Shown here: positions 28,586 to 38,877 of the stretch, one piece after another
Numbering within the stretch: position 1 is the stretch's first letter
Layout: each line of letters opens with the position of its first letter
Assembly (NCBI GenBank): GCA_965204375.1
Contig: OZ241986.1
Location: 4,736,001 to 4,800,000 of the forward strand
Direction of reading: 5' to 3'
DNA: 64,000 nt
Origin: Candidatus Latescibacterota bacterium
Lineage (GTDB): Bacteria; Latescibacterota; UBA2968
Program-made: the position numbers and the translations under genes
Notes under the pieces: generated by a model
What the model was told of the DNA's origin: nothing
Seen by the model: the letters and a program-made list of their open reading frames with translations, nothing else
Database searches by the model: none

Positions 28586-30967
28586 TTATTCATATCGCAG
28601 AGCATCTACGGGATTGGTGCGGGCGACTTTATAGGCTTGATAACTCACTGTGGTCAATGCAATGAACAACGCCAGAAAACCACTCAATACAAATGCCCAT
28701 ATTTCCAGATCAATGCGATAGGCGAAGTCCTGTAGCCACCTGTGCATCGCGTAGTAGGCAATTGGCCAGGCGATGAGATTGGCAATGCCGACAAGCAGGG
28801 CAAACTCTTTTGACAACATGAGTACGAGATTGGAGACCGATGCGCCCAATACCTTGCGGATGCCGATTTCTTTGATGCGCAGTTGCGCGGTGAAGGAGGC
28901 GAGGCCGAACAGTCCGAGGCTTGCAACAAAGATGGCGAGGATGGAGAAGAGGCCAAAGAGTGTGCCGATTTGTTTTTCTGCGCGATATAGTTTGTCGTAA
29001 TCGTCGTCGAGAAAGAAATAGTCGAATGGCTTGTTCGGCGCGATTTCCTTCCATTGCGTCTTCAGAAAACTGAGTGTGTCTGCGACATCATCTGAACGGA
29101 TTCGGATAGCAAAATACTCAAACCAATTTCCCGTCATGATAATCAGAGGTTCTATTTCGTGATGCAGGGACTGATAATGAAAGTCTTTCACCACACCTAT
29201 GACCTCTCCTCTATACCATACTTTCATTTTGCCACCCTCTGGCCATATATTCTCCACTTCTTTATCCACACACGAAGTCCATCCAAAGTGTCGCATAGCT
29301 GCTTCATTCAGGATGAGTTCTCCCTCTCCATCATTCATCATGTCTTTTGAAAAGTCTTTGCCTTCTATAAGCTCAAGGCCATAAGTCGAGATAAATTCGC
29401 GATCGACCACAATCATGTTCATCTGGAAACCATCCTGAGATGTTCCATCAACAGGAGAGCGAAACTGACTGGTGGGAAATTGTCGTCCCGGTATATTCGA
29501 GGATGTCGAAGTGCTCAATACATTTGCATACCCTGACAATCGCGATTTATATCGCTCTGTCACCTGCATACCGGGGTAAGGCATGACAATGACCTGTTCT
29601 TTATTGAAGCCCAACTTTTTGTTTCTGATGTAATCCGCTTGGTGGTAAACGACAACTGTTCCAATGATGAGAATGATCGAAATGACAAACTGAAATACGA
29701 CGAGTGTTTTGCGGGAACTGGAGGTTTTCAACCCTCTCTTCAGTGTGCTTTTTAATACCTCTACTGGCTGAAAAGCCGAGAGGAATAAGGCGGGGTAAAT
29801 TCCAGAGATTAGCCCTGCAAATAACACAACCCCGAGCAGGACTAATACGACATGCCAATTACCCGTGTAATCCAATACCAATTCGCGCTGGATAAAGGCG
29901 TTGAATGCTGAGAGCGAGACTTCAACAAGAGCAACGGCAAACAGTAGAGCCAATAGTGCCAGCAATATGGATTCGCCCATAAACTGATGGATTAGTTGCG
30001 TGCGGTTGGCACCAACGACTTTTCTCATGCCGACCTCTTTTGATCGAGTTGCTGAGCGAGCGGTGGAAAGGTTCATAAAGTTGACGCAGGCGAGTATGAG
30101 CACAAAAAGGGCTATGATCAGGAAGAGATAGACATACCGAATATCGCTGTTTTTGCTCATTTCCCCTGCCAAATTGGAGTACAAATGAATATCAGTCAGA
30201 GGTTGCAAGAAGTACCTGGCAAAGCCTCCTTTGAGCAGTTCTCCTGCATGTGCCTCAATAAAGTCGGACAATTTCGCTTCTAATCCCTGGGCAGAATCTC
30301 TCTTCTGAAGTAGCAAATAGGTATAAAAATCATGTCGCTGCCAATTTGATTGATGATCGCGGGACATAGGAGATGCAAGAAGGTTGAATTGGAAATGAGA
30401 GTTGTGAGCCGTGTCCTTCAAAACACCTGTCACCTTAAATGCCTTATCATTGAACGACAGGGTCTGTCCCATCGGATTCTGTTCGCCAAAATACTTTTGT
30501 GCTATTGTTTCTGTAATTACAACAGAATAGGGTTCCGAAAATGCCGTCTCGGGATTCCCTTGGCTGAGTGGGAAATTGAAGACTTCAAAAAAATTTGGAT
30601 CGGTAAACACAACACCATTTTCATAAAAGAAATGATCGTGTTGATCTTCAACAAGCGTTTTGGGGTCAGCTCTGGAAAACCGCACAGCCTCTATCACTTC
30701 GGGATAGGCTTTGACAAGTGCTGGTCCCATTGGCAATGGCGTGACCGCATACTGACTCAGGACCCCAGCGACTTTTGACTCTGAAGCAACCCGATAGATT
30801 CGGTGTGCGTGTTCGTGGTGCTGGTCATAGCTCAGTTCATCCTGAACATAGAGCAGGATGAGGATGCAACAGGCCATGCCGATGGCAAGACCGAGGATGT
30901 TGATGGCAGAGAATGTTTTGTTTCTGGCGATGTTGCGGACCGCAACAGTCAGATAGTTTTTGATCAT
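28586..30967 (-). CDS. ABC transporter permease (copy 5)
   Basis: 793 aa, conserved motifs. Confidence 0.93.
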   Translation of the reverse strand: MIKNYLTVAVRNIARNKTFSAINILGLAIGMACCILILLYVQDELSYDQHHEHAHRIYRVASESKVAGVLSQYAVTPLPMGPALVKAYPEVIEAVRFSRADPKTLVEDQHDHFFYENGVVFTDPNFFEVFNFPLSQGNPETAFSEPYSVVITETIAQKYFGEQNPMGQTLSFNDKAFKVTGVLKDTAHNSHFQFNLLASPMSRDHQSNWQRHDFYTYLLLQKRDSAQGLEAKLSDFIEAHAGELLKGGFARYFLQPLTDIHLYSNLAGEMSKNSDIRYVYLFLIIALFVLILACVNFMNLSTARSATRSKEVGMRKVVGANRTQLIHQFMGESILLALLALLFAVALVEVSLSAFNAFIQRELVLDYTGNWHVVLVLLGVVLFAGLISGIYPALFLSAFQPVEVLKSTLKRGLKTSSSRKTLVVFQFVISIILIIGTVVVYHQADYIRNKKLGFNKEQVIVMPYPGMQVTERYKSRLSGYANVLSTSTSSNIPGRQFPTSQFRSPVDGTSQDGFQMNMIVVDREFISTYGLELIEGKDFSKDMMNDGEGELILNEAAMRHFGWTSCVDKEVENIWPEGGKMKVWYRGEVIGVVKDFHYQSLHHEIEPLIIMTGNWFEYFAIRIRSDDVADTLSFLKTQWKEIAPNKPFDYFFLDDDYDKLYRAEKQIGTLFGLFSILAIFVASLGLFGLASFTAQLRIKEIGIRKVLGASVSNLVLMLSKEFALLVGIANLIAWPIAYYAMHRWLQDFAYRIDLEIWAFVLSGFLALFIALTTVSYQAYKVARTNPVDALRYE

Positions 30968-30985
30968 GATTTTAAACCCCCATTT

Positions 30986-33415
30986 TCACTCATATCGCAG
31001 GGCATCAATCGGGTTGGATCGCGCTGCGCGAATGGCTTGCACGCTCACGGTTCCAAAGGCAATAATCAGTGCCATTATCGCGCTCACGATAAATGGCAAG
31101 ACATTTAAATCTGTCTGATAGGCAAACCCGGAGAGCCAGTCGCGCATCAGATAGTAGGCGATTGGCCAGGCGATGAGATTGGCAAGTAGAATGAGCAATA
31201 TAAATTCGCGGGAGAGTAGCATCACCAGATGCGGTGTGGATGCGCCCAGTACCTTTCGCACACCAATTTCTTTGGTGCGAGATTGAACCATGAATGCGGC
31301 CAGTCCAAACAGTCCCAAACAGGCTACAAAAATTGCCAGTAGTGAAAATATCCCGAGTATTTTGCCGGTGAGTTGCTCGTTGAAATAGTACCACTGTATG
31401 ATTTCATCTAAAAAGTGATATGCAAAGGGTACCTCTGGCAAAAAGTGTTTCCACTGTGTTTCGAGAAATGACAGGGTTTGCGCGGTGTTTTCTGGTCGGA
31501 TGCGCAGGGCCAGTGAAACAAACAGTCTCCATTTGCCTATAAATCCCATGGGGGCGATTTCTTCTCGTAGCGTCAAGCTGTGGTAGTCTTTTACAACGCC
31601 AATTACGATCAGGGATCGGTTTTCATAAGCTGGTAACAGAATCTGCTTGCCAATCGGGTCGTCCTCCCAGCCGAGCAGGCGCACGGCTGTTTCGTTCAAA
31701 ATAATCGCCTGAGATGTGTCGCTGGCAACAGCGGCCGAAAAGACGCGACCGCGAAGTACGGGAATGTCAAATGTTTCAAAATATGAATCATCAACCTCGT
31801 TTATGCGAATTGTCCGTTCTTTTGTGCGGTCTCCATCGGGCCAGATCAGTCGTGGTCGTCCACCGTATCCAGAAATGTCGTATCTCAATGCCGATGCGCT
31901 GAGGATATTGGGGTGTTCGAGAAATACCTGTTTCACCGTCTGGTGGCGTGCCGAAAGGCGTTTTTGTGGGTCGAATTCATGCTCGCGATCATGAGCAAAG
32001 ATCGGCAAACTCACAATGTGATCGCGTGCAAAACCCATATTTTTGGTTTCTATAAATCGCAGTTGCTGATAAACGATCAGGGTGCAGATCACCAGCAGGA
32101 TGGACATGCCAAACTGAAAAACCACGAGTCCTTTCCGTAGCCCTGTGGAACCCGAGGAGGAAGACGCCCTACTTTTTAGCACTGTGACCGGACTAAAGGA
32201 TGAGAGGAAAAATGCTGGATACCATCCCGCCAGCAGTCCGACCAACAATGTGAGTGCCAGTGCCGCCGGCGCACCTATTTTTACTGTATCCGCGTTGAGG
32301 TGTAAATCGCCGCGTACAAATTGGTTGAATAAGGGCAGGCATAACTCAACCAGTGCCAGTGCAATCAGCAAGGCTGCGCAGGTTAAAAGCAGGGATTCGC
32401 TCAAAAACTGAACCATCAATTGTGGACGATGCGCGCCAACCACTTTTCGCACGCCGACTTCGCGCTTGCGGGTGACAGCGCGAGCAGTTGCCAGATTTGT
32501 AAAGTTCACGCATGCAATGACCACTACGATCAGCCCGATAGCCACCAGTATGTAAATTTGTTGTATGGGGCTGTTGGCAGTCGGGTTAAAATCGGATTCG
32601 CCATACAGATACACGCGGTGCAAAGGCTGTAAATGGTAGGTATTTTTTTTTGCAACGTCGTCCCCCATGTACTGCTTGATCAGCATCTGCATTTTTGCCT
32701 GTAGGGTTTCTGCGGTTTGTCCTGTTTTTAATAGTACAAAGGTTTTTACAGGCCGCCAGGATTGCCTGGGTAGCCACATCATCCACGGCTCTTGTGTTTT
32801 TCCTACGGAAGGTACTGTGGTTGTGAGCAAATGAAATTGAAGGTCTGATAAAAGGTGTGGCGCCTTGACTATGCCAGTAACTGTGTACTCGCCCGGAAAA
32901 TTGCGATTGTCGATTGAAACTGTTTTGCCCATTGGGTCAATATCGCCAAATAGCTGTTGTGCCATGTCATCGGTAATGACCGCAGAGTACGGCAGGCGAA
33001 ACGCGGTCTCTAAGTCGCCTTTTATGAGGGGAAAATCAAATACATCCAAAAAGTTGTCATCTACCAGTGCCAGGGTATATAGATTCTTGTGGTCGCCATA
33101 TTTTGCAGATACACCCCATCGCCAGATACGCACCGTTGTTTCTACTTCGGGAAATGTTTCTTCCAACACGGGACCGAGTGCGCCTGATGTACCTTCTTCA
33201 TAAGTTGTTTGCGTACTGCCGCGTTCTTCTCGAATTACTTTGTAAATGCGGTCGCCCAGTGTGTGGGAGCGATCTACTGAAAACTCCTGCTGGATATACA
33301 ACAGGATCAAGATGCCACACGCCAGCCCAATGGCAAGTCCCAATACATTGATGGACGTGTACAATTTGTGCCGCATCAGATTGCGGATCGCTACTGTCAG
33401 GTAATTTTTGATCAT
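30986..33415 (-). CDS. ABC transporter permease (copy 6, subfamily A)
   Basis: 809 aa, near-identical to copies 3 and 8. Confidence 0.93.
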   Translation of the reverse strand: MIKNYLTVAIRNLMRHKLYTSINVLGLAIGLACGILILLYIQQEFSVDRSHTLGDRIYKVIREERGSTQTTYEEGTSGALGPVLEETFPEVETTVRIWRWGVSAKYGDHKNLYTLALVDDNFLDVFDFPLIKGDLETAFRLPYSAVITDDMAQQLFGDIDPMGKTVSIDNRNFPGEYTVTGIVKAPHLLSDLQFHLLTTTVPSVGKTQEPWMMWLPRQSWRPVKTFVLLKTGQTAETLQAKMQMLIKQYMGDDVAKKNTYHLQPLHRVYLYGESDFNPTANSPIQQIYILVAIGLIVVVIACVNFTNLATARAVTRKREVGVRKVVGAHRPQLMVQFLSESLLLTCAALLIALALVELCLPLFNQFVRGDLHLNADTVKIGAPAALALTLLVGLLAGWYPAFFLSSFSPVTVLKSRASSSSGSTGLRKGLVVFQFGMSILLVICTLIVYQQLRFIETKNMGFARDHIVSLPIFAHDREHEFDPQKRLSARHQTVKQVFLEHPNILSASALRYDISGYGGRPRLIWPDGDRTKERTIRINEVDDSYFETFDIPVLRGRVFSAAVASDTSQAIILNETAVRLLGWEDDPIGKQILLPAYENRSLIVIGVVKDYHSLTLREEIAPMGFIGKWRLFVSLALRIRPENTAQTLSFLETQWKHFLPEVPFAYHFLDEIIQWYYFNEQLTGKILGIFSLLAIFVACLGLFGLAAFMVQSRTKEIGVRKVLGASTPHLVMLLSREFILLILLANLIAWPIAYYLMRDWLSGFAYQTDLNVLPFIVSAIMALIIAFGTVSVQAIRAARSNPIDALRYE

Positions 33416-33437
33416 GAGAATTTCCTCTTATTGTTCT

Positions 33438-35789
33438 CTACTCATCTCGCAACGCGTCCGCCGGGTTTGCGCGGGCTGCTTTGAGGGCTTGGGCGGTGAC
33501 GGTTGTGAGCACGACGAGGAACATGGCGACGCTGCCGAGTAAGAATGCGCCAATACCCAACTCAGTGCGATAGGCGAAGGTTTGTAGCCATTGATTGGTG
33601 GCGTAATAGGCGATGGGGAATGCGATGAGGCTTGATAGGGCGATGTAGAGGACGAATTCCCGCGAGAGCAGGGATAGGATTTGGGATTGCGATGCGCCCA
33701 GGACTTTCCGAATGCCGATTTCTTTGGTGCGTCTGGTTGTGGCGAGTGCAGCGAGTCCGAATGCGCCGAGTGCGGCGATGAAGATGGCGAATCCTGTGGC
33801 GTATTGGATCATTTGGTTCCAGCGTTCTTCTTTTTTGTATTGTTTGTCTAAGTCTTCATCGATGAATGAGAAGTTGAATGCGTGGTTGGGTGCAACTTTT
33901 TCCCACTGTTCTTTGATAAATGCGATGGTGCCGGGTACATTTTCGGGGTGAATGCGGACCAATAAGCGTCCAGTGGCTGTGCTAAGTGGCAGGACAGCGG
34001 GCGCAACTTTATGATGCAGGGAGCGGAAATGGAAATTTTGAACAACGCCGATGATGGTTCTGTTTTGTGAGCCGCCGTATTTGATTGTTTTGCCGATCGG
34101 GTCTTCTATGCCGAATTTTTTGACGAGTGCTTCATTGACAATGACAGCTTCCTTTTGATCGGTTGGAAATTCTCTGTTGTATTCTCGACCTGCGATGAAT
34201 TTCATACCGAGCGTTTTGAACAGGTCGTAGTCGATACCAATACCTTCAACGGGTTGTTCTGGACTTCCCTGATATGTTACGTAGGTTGACATACTCATGT
34301 CGTTGTTTAGACGGTGGTTAAGCCAGGTTGTGCTGATCACGGCATGGTGAGACAGCAGGGCATCCCGAAAAACTGTTTCTGTGGTTTTGTTTTCTTTTTT
34401 TAGATCACTGGTCCAAATGGCGACGACGTGTTCGGTTTGATATCCCAGGGGTTGGGTTCGCAAAAAGGTGAGCTGTTTGCCCATCATCAGGGTGGTGATG
34501 ATGAAGAATATGGATAGGGCAAACTGAAAGATGATCAATACGTTGCCAAAACGATTGCCCGTTTTGATTTGCAATCTGCTCGCGATGATTTGGGTCGGTT
34601 GCAGTCGGGATAGGATAAGGGCGGGATACCCCCCTGCTGTGATGCCGACGAGGCCGACAAGCAGGAGGAGAAAGGCGAGTGTTGTGGTGTTGAGACCGTC
34701 GGCTAGAGATAGGGATTTCCCGGATAGGTTATTGAATGTGGGTAAGGTGAGTTCTGCGATGGCAATGCCGGCGATGAGTGCGATGGTGATGAGTAAGAGC
34801 GATTCGCCGATAAATTGGTTTGCGATTTGCAGGCGTTTTGCGCCGACGACTTTTCTCAAGCCGACTTCTCGCGCCCGGGTTGCCTGCCGTCCGAGGGTTA
34901 AGGTTGTGAAGTTGACGCAGGCGATAAATAATACGAGGATTGCGATGCCCGATAAGATGTATGAGTAAATTGGATTACTGCGGCGGCTTACATGCATGGT
35001 CTGATCGAAGTGCATCTGGGTGAGTGGTTGAAGTTTGATCAGGTTTTCGCTCTTTTCGTCCCACCAGTTTTTGGTCCATTTGGGAAATTGTTGTTCGAGA
35101 CTGTTGGGGTGTACATTTGGGGGGAGCATCATGAAAGTAAATATGCTGTAGTAATTCCATCTGTCTTCGACCTTGCTTTGTTCAAAGGGTAGTAGTACGT
35201 CAAATTGAATTGTGGAGTTTTTGGGCGCGTTTTGCACAATGCCCGTGATGGTGTAATCCTGGATTTCATTTTTGTATTCAATGGGAAGTATTGCTCCGAC
35301 TGGATTGACATTGTTGAAATATTTCTGAGCAGTTTTTTCTGTTATGAGTGCGGAGTATTTGTCTTGAAGGGCATGGGATGGATCGCCCTGAAGGATTGGA
35401 AAAGAAAAAATGTCGAGGAAGTTGGGATCGGTAAATCCCAGCTTCGCTCGAAAAGCGCGATTTTTTGTTCCAATTTTCCCCGTGCGAGACGCGAAACGAA
35501 CCGTCTGCATGTCGGGAAAGGCTTCTGTTAATGCAGGTCCAAGAGGGCCGGGTGTTACACCGTGAACGCGCTCGCCTCGCCCTTTTATATAAACCCGATA
35601 GATGCGGTCGGCATTTTCGTGGAAGGTGTCGTAGGTCCATTCGTTATGGACAAAGAGAAAGGTGAGGATGCAAAAGGCGAGGGCGATGGATAGGCCGATG
35701 ATGTTGATGGCCGAGTACACACGGTGTCTGGCGAGGTTGCGGATCGCCGTTTTCAGATAGCTACTGAATAAAGATATTTCAGTGAACAT
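33438..35789 (-). CDS. ABC transporter permease (copy 7, subfamily B)
   Basis: 783 aa, MFTEISLFSSYLKTAIRNLARHR start; close to copies 9 and 11. Confidence 0.93.
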   Translation of the reverse strand: MFTEISLFSSYLKTAIRNLARHRVYSAINIIGLSIALAFCILTFLFVHNEWTYDTFHENADRIYRVYIKGRGERVHGVTPGPLGPALTEAFPDMQTVRFASRTGKIGTKNRAFRAKLGFTDPNFLDIFSFPILQGDPSHALQDKYSALITEKTAQKYFNNVNPVGAILPIEYKNEIQDYTITGIVQNAPKNSTIQFDVLLPFEQSKVEDRWNYYSIFTFMMLPPNVHPNSLEQQFPKWTKNWWDEKSENLIKLQPLTQMHFDQTMHVSRRSNPIYSYILSGIAILVLFIACVNFTTLTLGRQATRAREVGLRKVVGAKRLQIANQFIGESLLLITIALIAGIAIAELTLPTFNNLSGKSLSLADGLNTTTLAFLLLLVGLVGITAGGYPALILSRLQPTQIIASRLQIKTGNRFGNVLIIFQFALSIFFIITTLMMGKQLTFLRTQPLGYQTEHVVAIWTSDLKKENKTTETVFRDALLSHHAVISTTWLNHRLNNDMSMSTYVTYQGSPEQPVEGIGIDYDLFKTLGMKFIAGREYNREFPTDQKEAVIVNEALVKKFGIEDPIGKTIKYGGSQNRTIIGVVQNFHFRSLHHKVAPAVLPLSTATGRLLVRIHPENVPGTIAFIKEQWEKVAPNHAFNFSFIDEDLDKQYKKEERWNQMIQYATGFAIFIAALGAFGLAALATTRRTKEIGIRKVLGASQSQILSLLSREFVLYIALSSLIAFPIAYYATNQWLQTFAYRTELGIGAFLLGSVAMFLVVLTTVTAQALKAARANPADALRDE

Positions 35790-35813
35790 TGGTTTCTCCT
35801 GTGCGGGATTGAT

Positions 35814-38243
35814 TTACTCATATCGCAAGGCATCAATTGGATTGGATCGCGCTGCGCGAATGGCCTGCATGCTCACGGTTCCAAAGGCGATGATCAGTGC
35901 CATTATTGCGCTTGCGACAAATGGCAAGACATTCAGGTTTGTCTGATAGGCAAATCCAGAGAGCCAGTCGCGCATGAGATAGTAGGCGATTGGCCAGGCG
36001 ATGAGATTGGCAAGCAGGATGAGCAACATAAATTCGCGCGAGAGCAGCATGACCAGATGCGGTGTGGATGCGCCCAGTACTTTCCGGATACCAATTTCTT
36101 TGGTGCGGGATTGAACCATGAACGCAGCCAGTCCGAACAGTCCCAAACACGCTACAAAAATTGCCAGTAGTGAAAATATCCCGAGCATTTTGCCGGTGAG
36201 TTGCTCGTTGAAATAGATCCAATCTATGATTTCGTCCAAAAAATGATATTCAAAGGGTGCGTCCGGCACAAAGCGTTTCCACTGCGTTTCGAGAAAGGAC
36301 AGGGTTTGCGCGGTGTTTTCTGGTCGGATGCGCAGGGCCAGCGAATAAAGCAGTCTCCAACGGGCTACAAATCCCATGGGTGCGATTTCTTCCCGTAGCG
36401 ATAAACTGTGGTAGTCTTTTACAACGCCAATTACGGTCAGGGTTTGGTTTGGAAATGCCGGAGACTCGATCTGTTTGCCAATCGGGTCGTCCTCCCAACC
36501 GAGCAGGCGCACGGCTGTTTCGTTCAAAATAATTGCTTGAGATGTATCGCTGGCAACATCGGCTGAAAAGGCGCGACCGCGAAGTACGGGGATTTCAAAT
36601 GTTTCAAAGAATGAGTCGTCAACTTCGTTTATGCGAAATGTTCGTTCTTTTGTGCGGTCCCCATCGGGCCAGATTAAGCGCGGTCGTCCTCCGTATCCCG
36701 CGATGTCGTATCTCAGTGCCGACGCGCTGAGGATATTGGGGTGTTCGAGAAATGCCTGTTTGACCATCTGGTGGCGTGCTGAAAGACGCATTTGTGGGTT
36801 GGGTTCCTTCTGAAAATCGCGCAAAAAGATCCGCAACATCACAATATGATCGCGTGCAAAACCCATGTCTTTGGTTTCCATAAATCGCAGTTGCTGATAA
36901 ACTATCAGGGTGGAGATCACCAGCAAGATGGACATGCCAAACTGAAAAACCACGAGTCCTTTCTTCAGTCCTGTGGAACCCGAGGAGGAAGACGCGCTGC
37001 TTTTTAATGCAGTCACCGGGCGAAAAGAGGAGAGGAAAAACGCCGGATACCATCCCGCCAGTAGTCCGACCAATAACGTTAATGCCAGTACCGCTGGCGC
37101 ACCTGCCAGTACTGTAGTTGCGTTGAAGTGTAAATCGCCGCGCACAAATTGGTTGAATAAGGGCAGGAATAACTCGACCAGTGCAAGGGCAATCAGCAGG
37201 GCGGCACTGGTTAAAAGCAGGGATTCGCTCAAGAACTGGACCATCAGTTGCGGGCGATGCGCGCCAACGACTTTTCGCACGCCCACTTCGCGCTGGCGGG
37301 TGACAGCCCGTGCCGTTGCCAGATTTGTAAAATTCACGCAGGCAATGATTACCAGGATCAGTCCGATAGCCGCCAGCATGTAAATTTTTTGAATAGGGGT
37401 ATTGGTAGTCGGGTTAAAATCGGATTCGCCATACAGGTACACGCGGTGCAGGGGCTGTAGATGGTAGGCGTTTTTTTTTGCTACTTCATCCCCCATATAC
37501 TGCTTGATCAACGACTGCATTTTTGTCTGTAGGGTTTCTGGATTTTGTCCTGCTTTTAATAGCACATAGGTGTTTACCGGACGCCAGGATTGCGTGGGTC
37601 GCCATAGTGTCCACACCTCTTGCGTTTCTTCTACGGGGGGTATTGTGGTTGAGAGTATTTCAAAATAAAGATTGGATGAGCGGGGTGGTGCTTTTACGAG
37701 GCCAGTTACTGTGTACTCACCTGGAAAACTGATGTTGTCGATTGAAAATGTTCGGCCCATTGGGTCAATATCGCCAAATAAGTGTTGTGCCATGTCGTCG
37801 GTAATGACCACAGAGTAGGGCGTGCGAAACGCAGTTTCTGGATCGCCTTTTATGAAGGGAAAATCAAATACGTTCAGAAAGTTGTTATCTACCAGCGCAA
37901 AAGCATATTGACCCGTGCGTTCGCCGTATTGTGCAGATACGCCCCATCGCCAGATGCGCACCGTTGTTTCTACTTCGGGAAATGTTTCTTTTAGTACAGG
38001 TCCGAGCGTCCCTGAAGTTCCGCTGCCATAAGTTGTTTGTGTACTGCTGCGTTCTTCTCGAATCACTTTGTAAATGCGGTCGCCCAGGGTGTGGGAGCGG
38101 TTTACTGCAAATTCCTGTTGGATGTACAACAGGATCAAAATGCCACACGCCAGGCCGATGGCAAGCCCCAGTACATTGATTGAGGTGTACAATTTGTGCC
38201 GCATCAGATTGCGAATCGCGACAACAAAATAATTTTTGATCAT
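35814..38243 (-). CDS. ABC transporter permease (copy 8, subfamily A)
   Basis: MIKNYFVVAIRNLMRHK start; conserved motifs. Confidence 0.93.
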   Translation of the reverse strand: MIKNYFVVAIRNLMRHKLYTSINVLGLAIGLACGILILLYIQQEFAVNRSHTLGDRIYKVIREERSSTQTTYGSGTSGTLGPVLKETFPEVETTVRIWRWGVSAQYGERTGQYAFALVDNNFLNVFDFPFIKGDPETAFRTPYSVVITDDMAQHLFGDIDPMGRTFSIDNISFPGEYTVTGLVKAPPRSSNLYFEILSTTIPPVEETQEVWTLWRPTQSWRPVNTYVLLKAGQNPETLQTKMQSLIKQYMGDEVAKKNAYHLQPLHRVYLYGESDFNPTTNTPIQKIYMLAAIGLILVIIACVNFTNLATARAVTRQREVGVRKVVGAHRPQLMVQFLSESLLLTSAALLIALALVELFLPLFNQFVRGDLHFNATTVLAGAPAVLALTLLVGLLAGWYPAFFLSSFRPVTALKSSASSSSGSTGLKKGLVVFQFGMSILLVISTLIVYQQLRFMETKDMGFARDHIVMLRIFLRDFQKEPNPQMRLSARHQMVKQAFLEHPNILSASALRYDIAGYGGRPRLIWPDGDRTKERTFRINEVDDSFFETFEIPVLRGRAFSADVASDTSQAIILNETAVRLLGWEDDPIGKQIESPAFPNQTLTVIGVVKDYHSLSLREEIAPMGFVARWRLLYSLALRIRPENTAQTLSFLETQWKRFVPDAPFEYHFLDEIIDWIYFNEQLTGKMLGIFSLLAIFVACLGLFGLAAFMVQSRTKEIGIRKVLGASTPHLVMLLSREFMLLILLANLIAWPIAYYLMRDWLSGFAYQTNLNVLPFVASAIMALIIAFGTVSMQAIRAARSNPIDALRYE

Positions 38244-38327
38244 GATATTCCCCTGTTCCGTCCAGTTATTTCGCAGCAAGAAGTCAGCCATTCATCATTC
38301 AGGTAGAGTGGACGTATGAAAATAGTA

Positions 38328-38447
38328 AGCAATTTTTGTGCCAAAAGGATCTTTTCTATGTTTTACAAGGGGTTATGAAAATTTGTGCTCTGAATACAGT
38401 TTAATAAGTGTCCGATTTTGATACAGTAGTGTCCGAAAATGAACACT
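38328..38447 (-). promoter_or_regulatory. Sigma54 promoter + enhancer-like element (copy 3)
   Basis: TGGCACA-AAAA-TTGCT (38328-38343); identical 41-mer at 38407-38447. Confidence 0.85.
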
Positions 38448-38537
38448 CTCTATATGCTAAAAACCTTGAAATCTTCATATAAATATGGTAAATTTGCCAT
38501 AAATTGAGGGAAGGTACAATTTTGATGGAGACCTAAA

Positions 38538-38867
38538 ATGAATGAAAAAGTCAAATTTGAGCAAAGCTCTGGAAATGTATTTCGGGACATCGGGTTCTCA
38601 GAATCAGAGGCTGAACGTGAGTTGCTGAAGGCAGATCTCGCATTTGAAATCTATAGTATTCTTGAAGGGCGGAAGCTGACGCAGGCAAAAGCGGGGGAAA
38701 TTCTTGGGATCAATCAGTCCGACGTATCCCGGCTAAAGAACGGCGATTTTAGCCGTTTTAGTGTAGAGAGACTGTTTGGGTTTCTGAATCGGCTGAACCG
38801 CAATATCGAGATTCGCATTACGCATTCGGAAGATAGAGGCGGTCATCAGCGGGTCGTTGCTGTTTAG
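38538..38867 (+). CDS. XRE-family HTH regulator / orphan antitoxin
   Basis: SSGNVFRDIG...LTQAKAGEILGINQSDVSRL...FSVERL; palindrome TATGGTAAATTTGCCATA upstream (38484-38501). Confidence 0.85.
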   Translation: MNEKVKFEQSSGNVFRDIGFSESEAERELLKADLAFEIYSILEGRKLTQAKAGEILGINQSDVSRLKNGDFSRFSVERLFGFLNRLNRNIEIRITHSEDRGGHQRVVAV

Positions 38868-38877
38868 CGCCATCACC

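Noticed and set aside
34531-34968. Recurrent antisense ORFs inside permeases (also 39965-40402, 36973-37383)
   Set aside because: Their similarity is explained by paralogy of the host genes.
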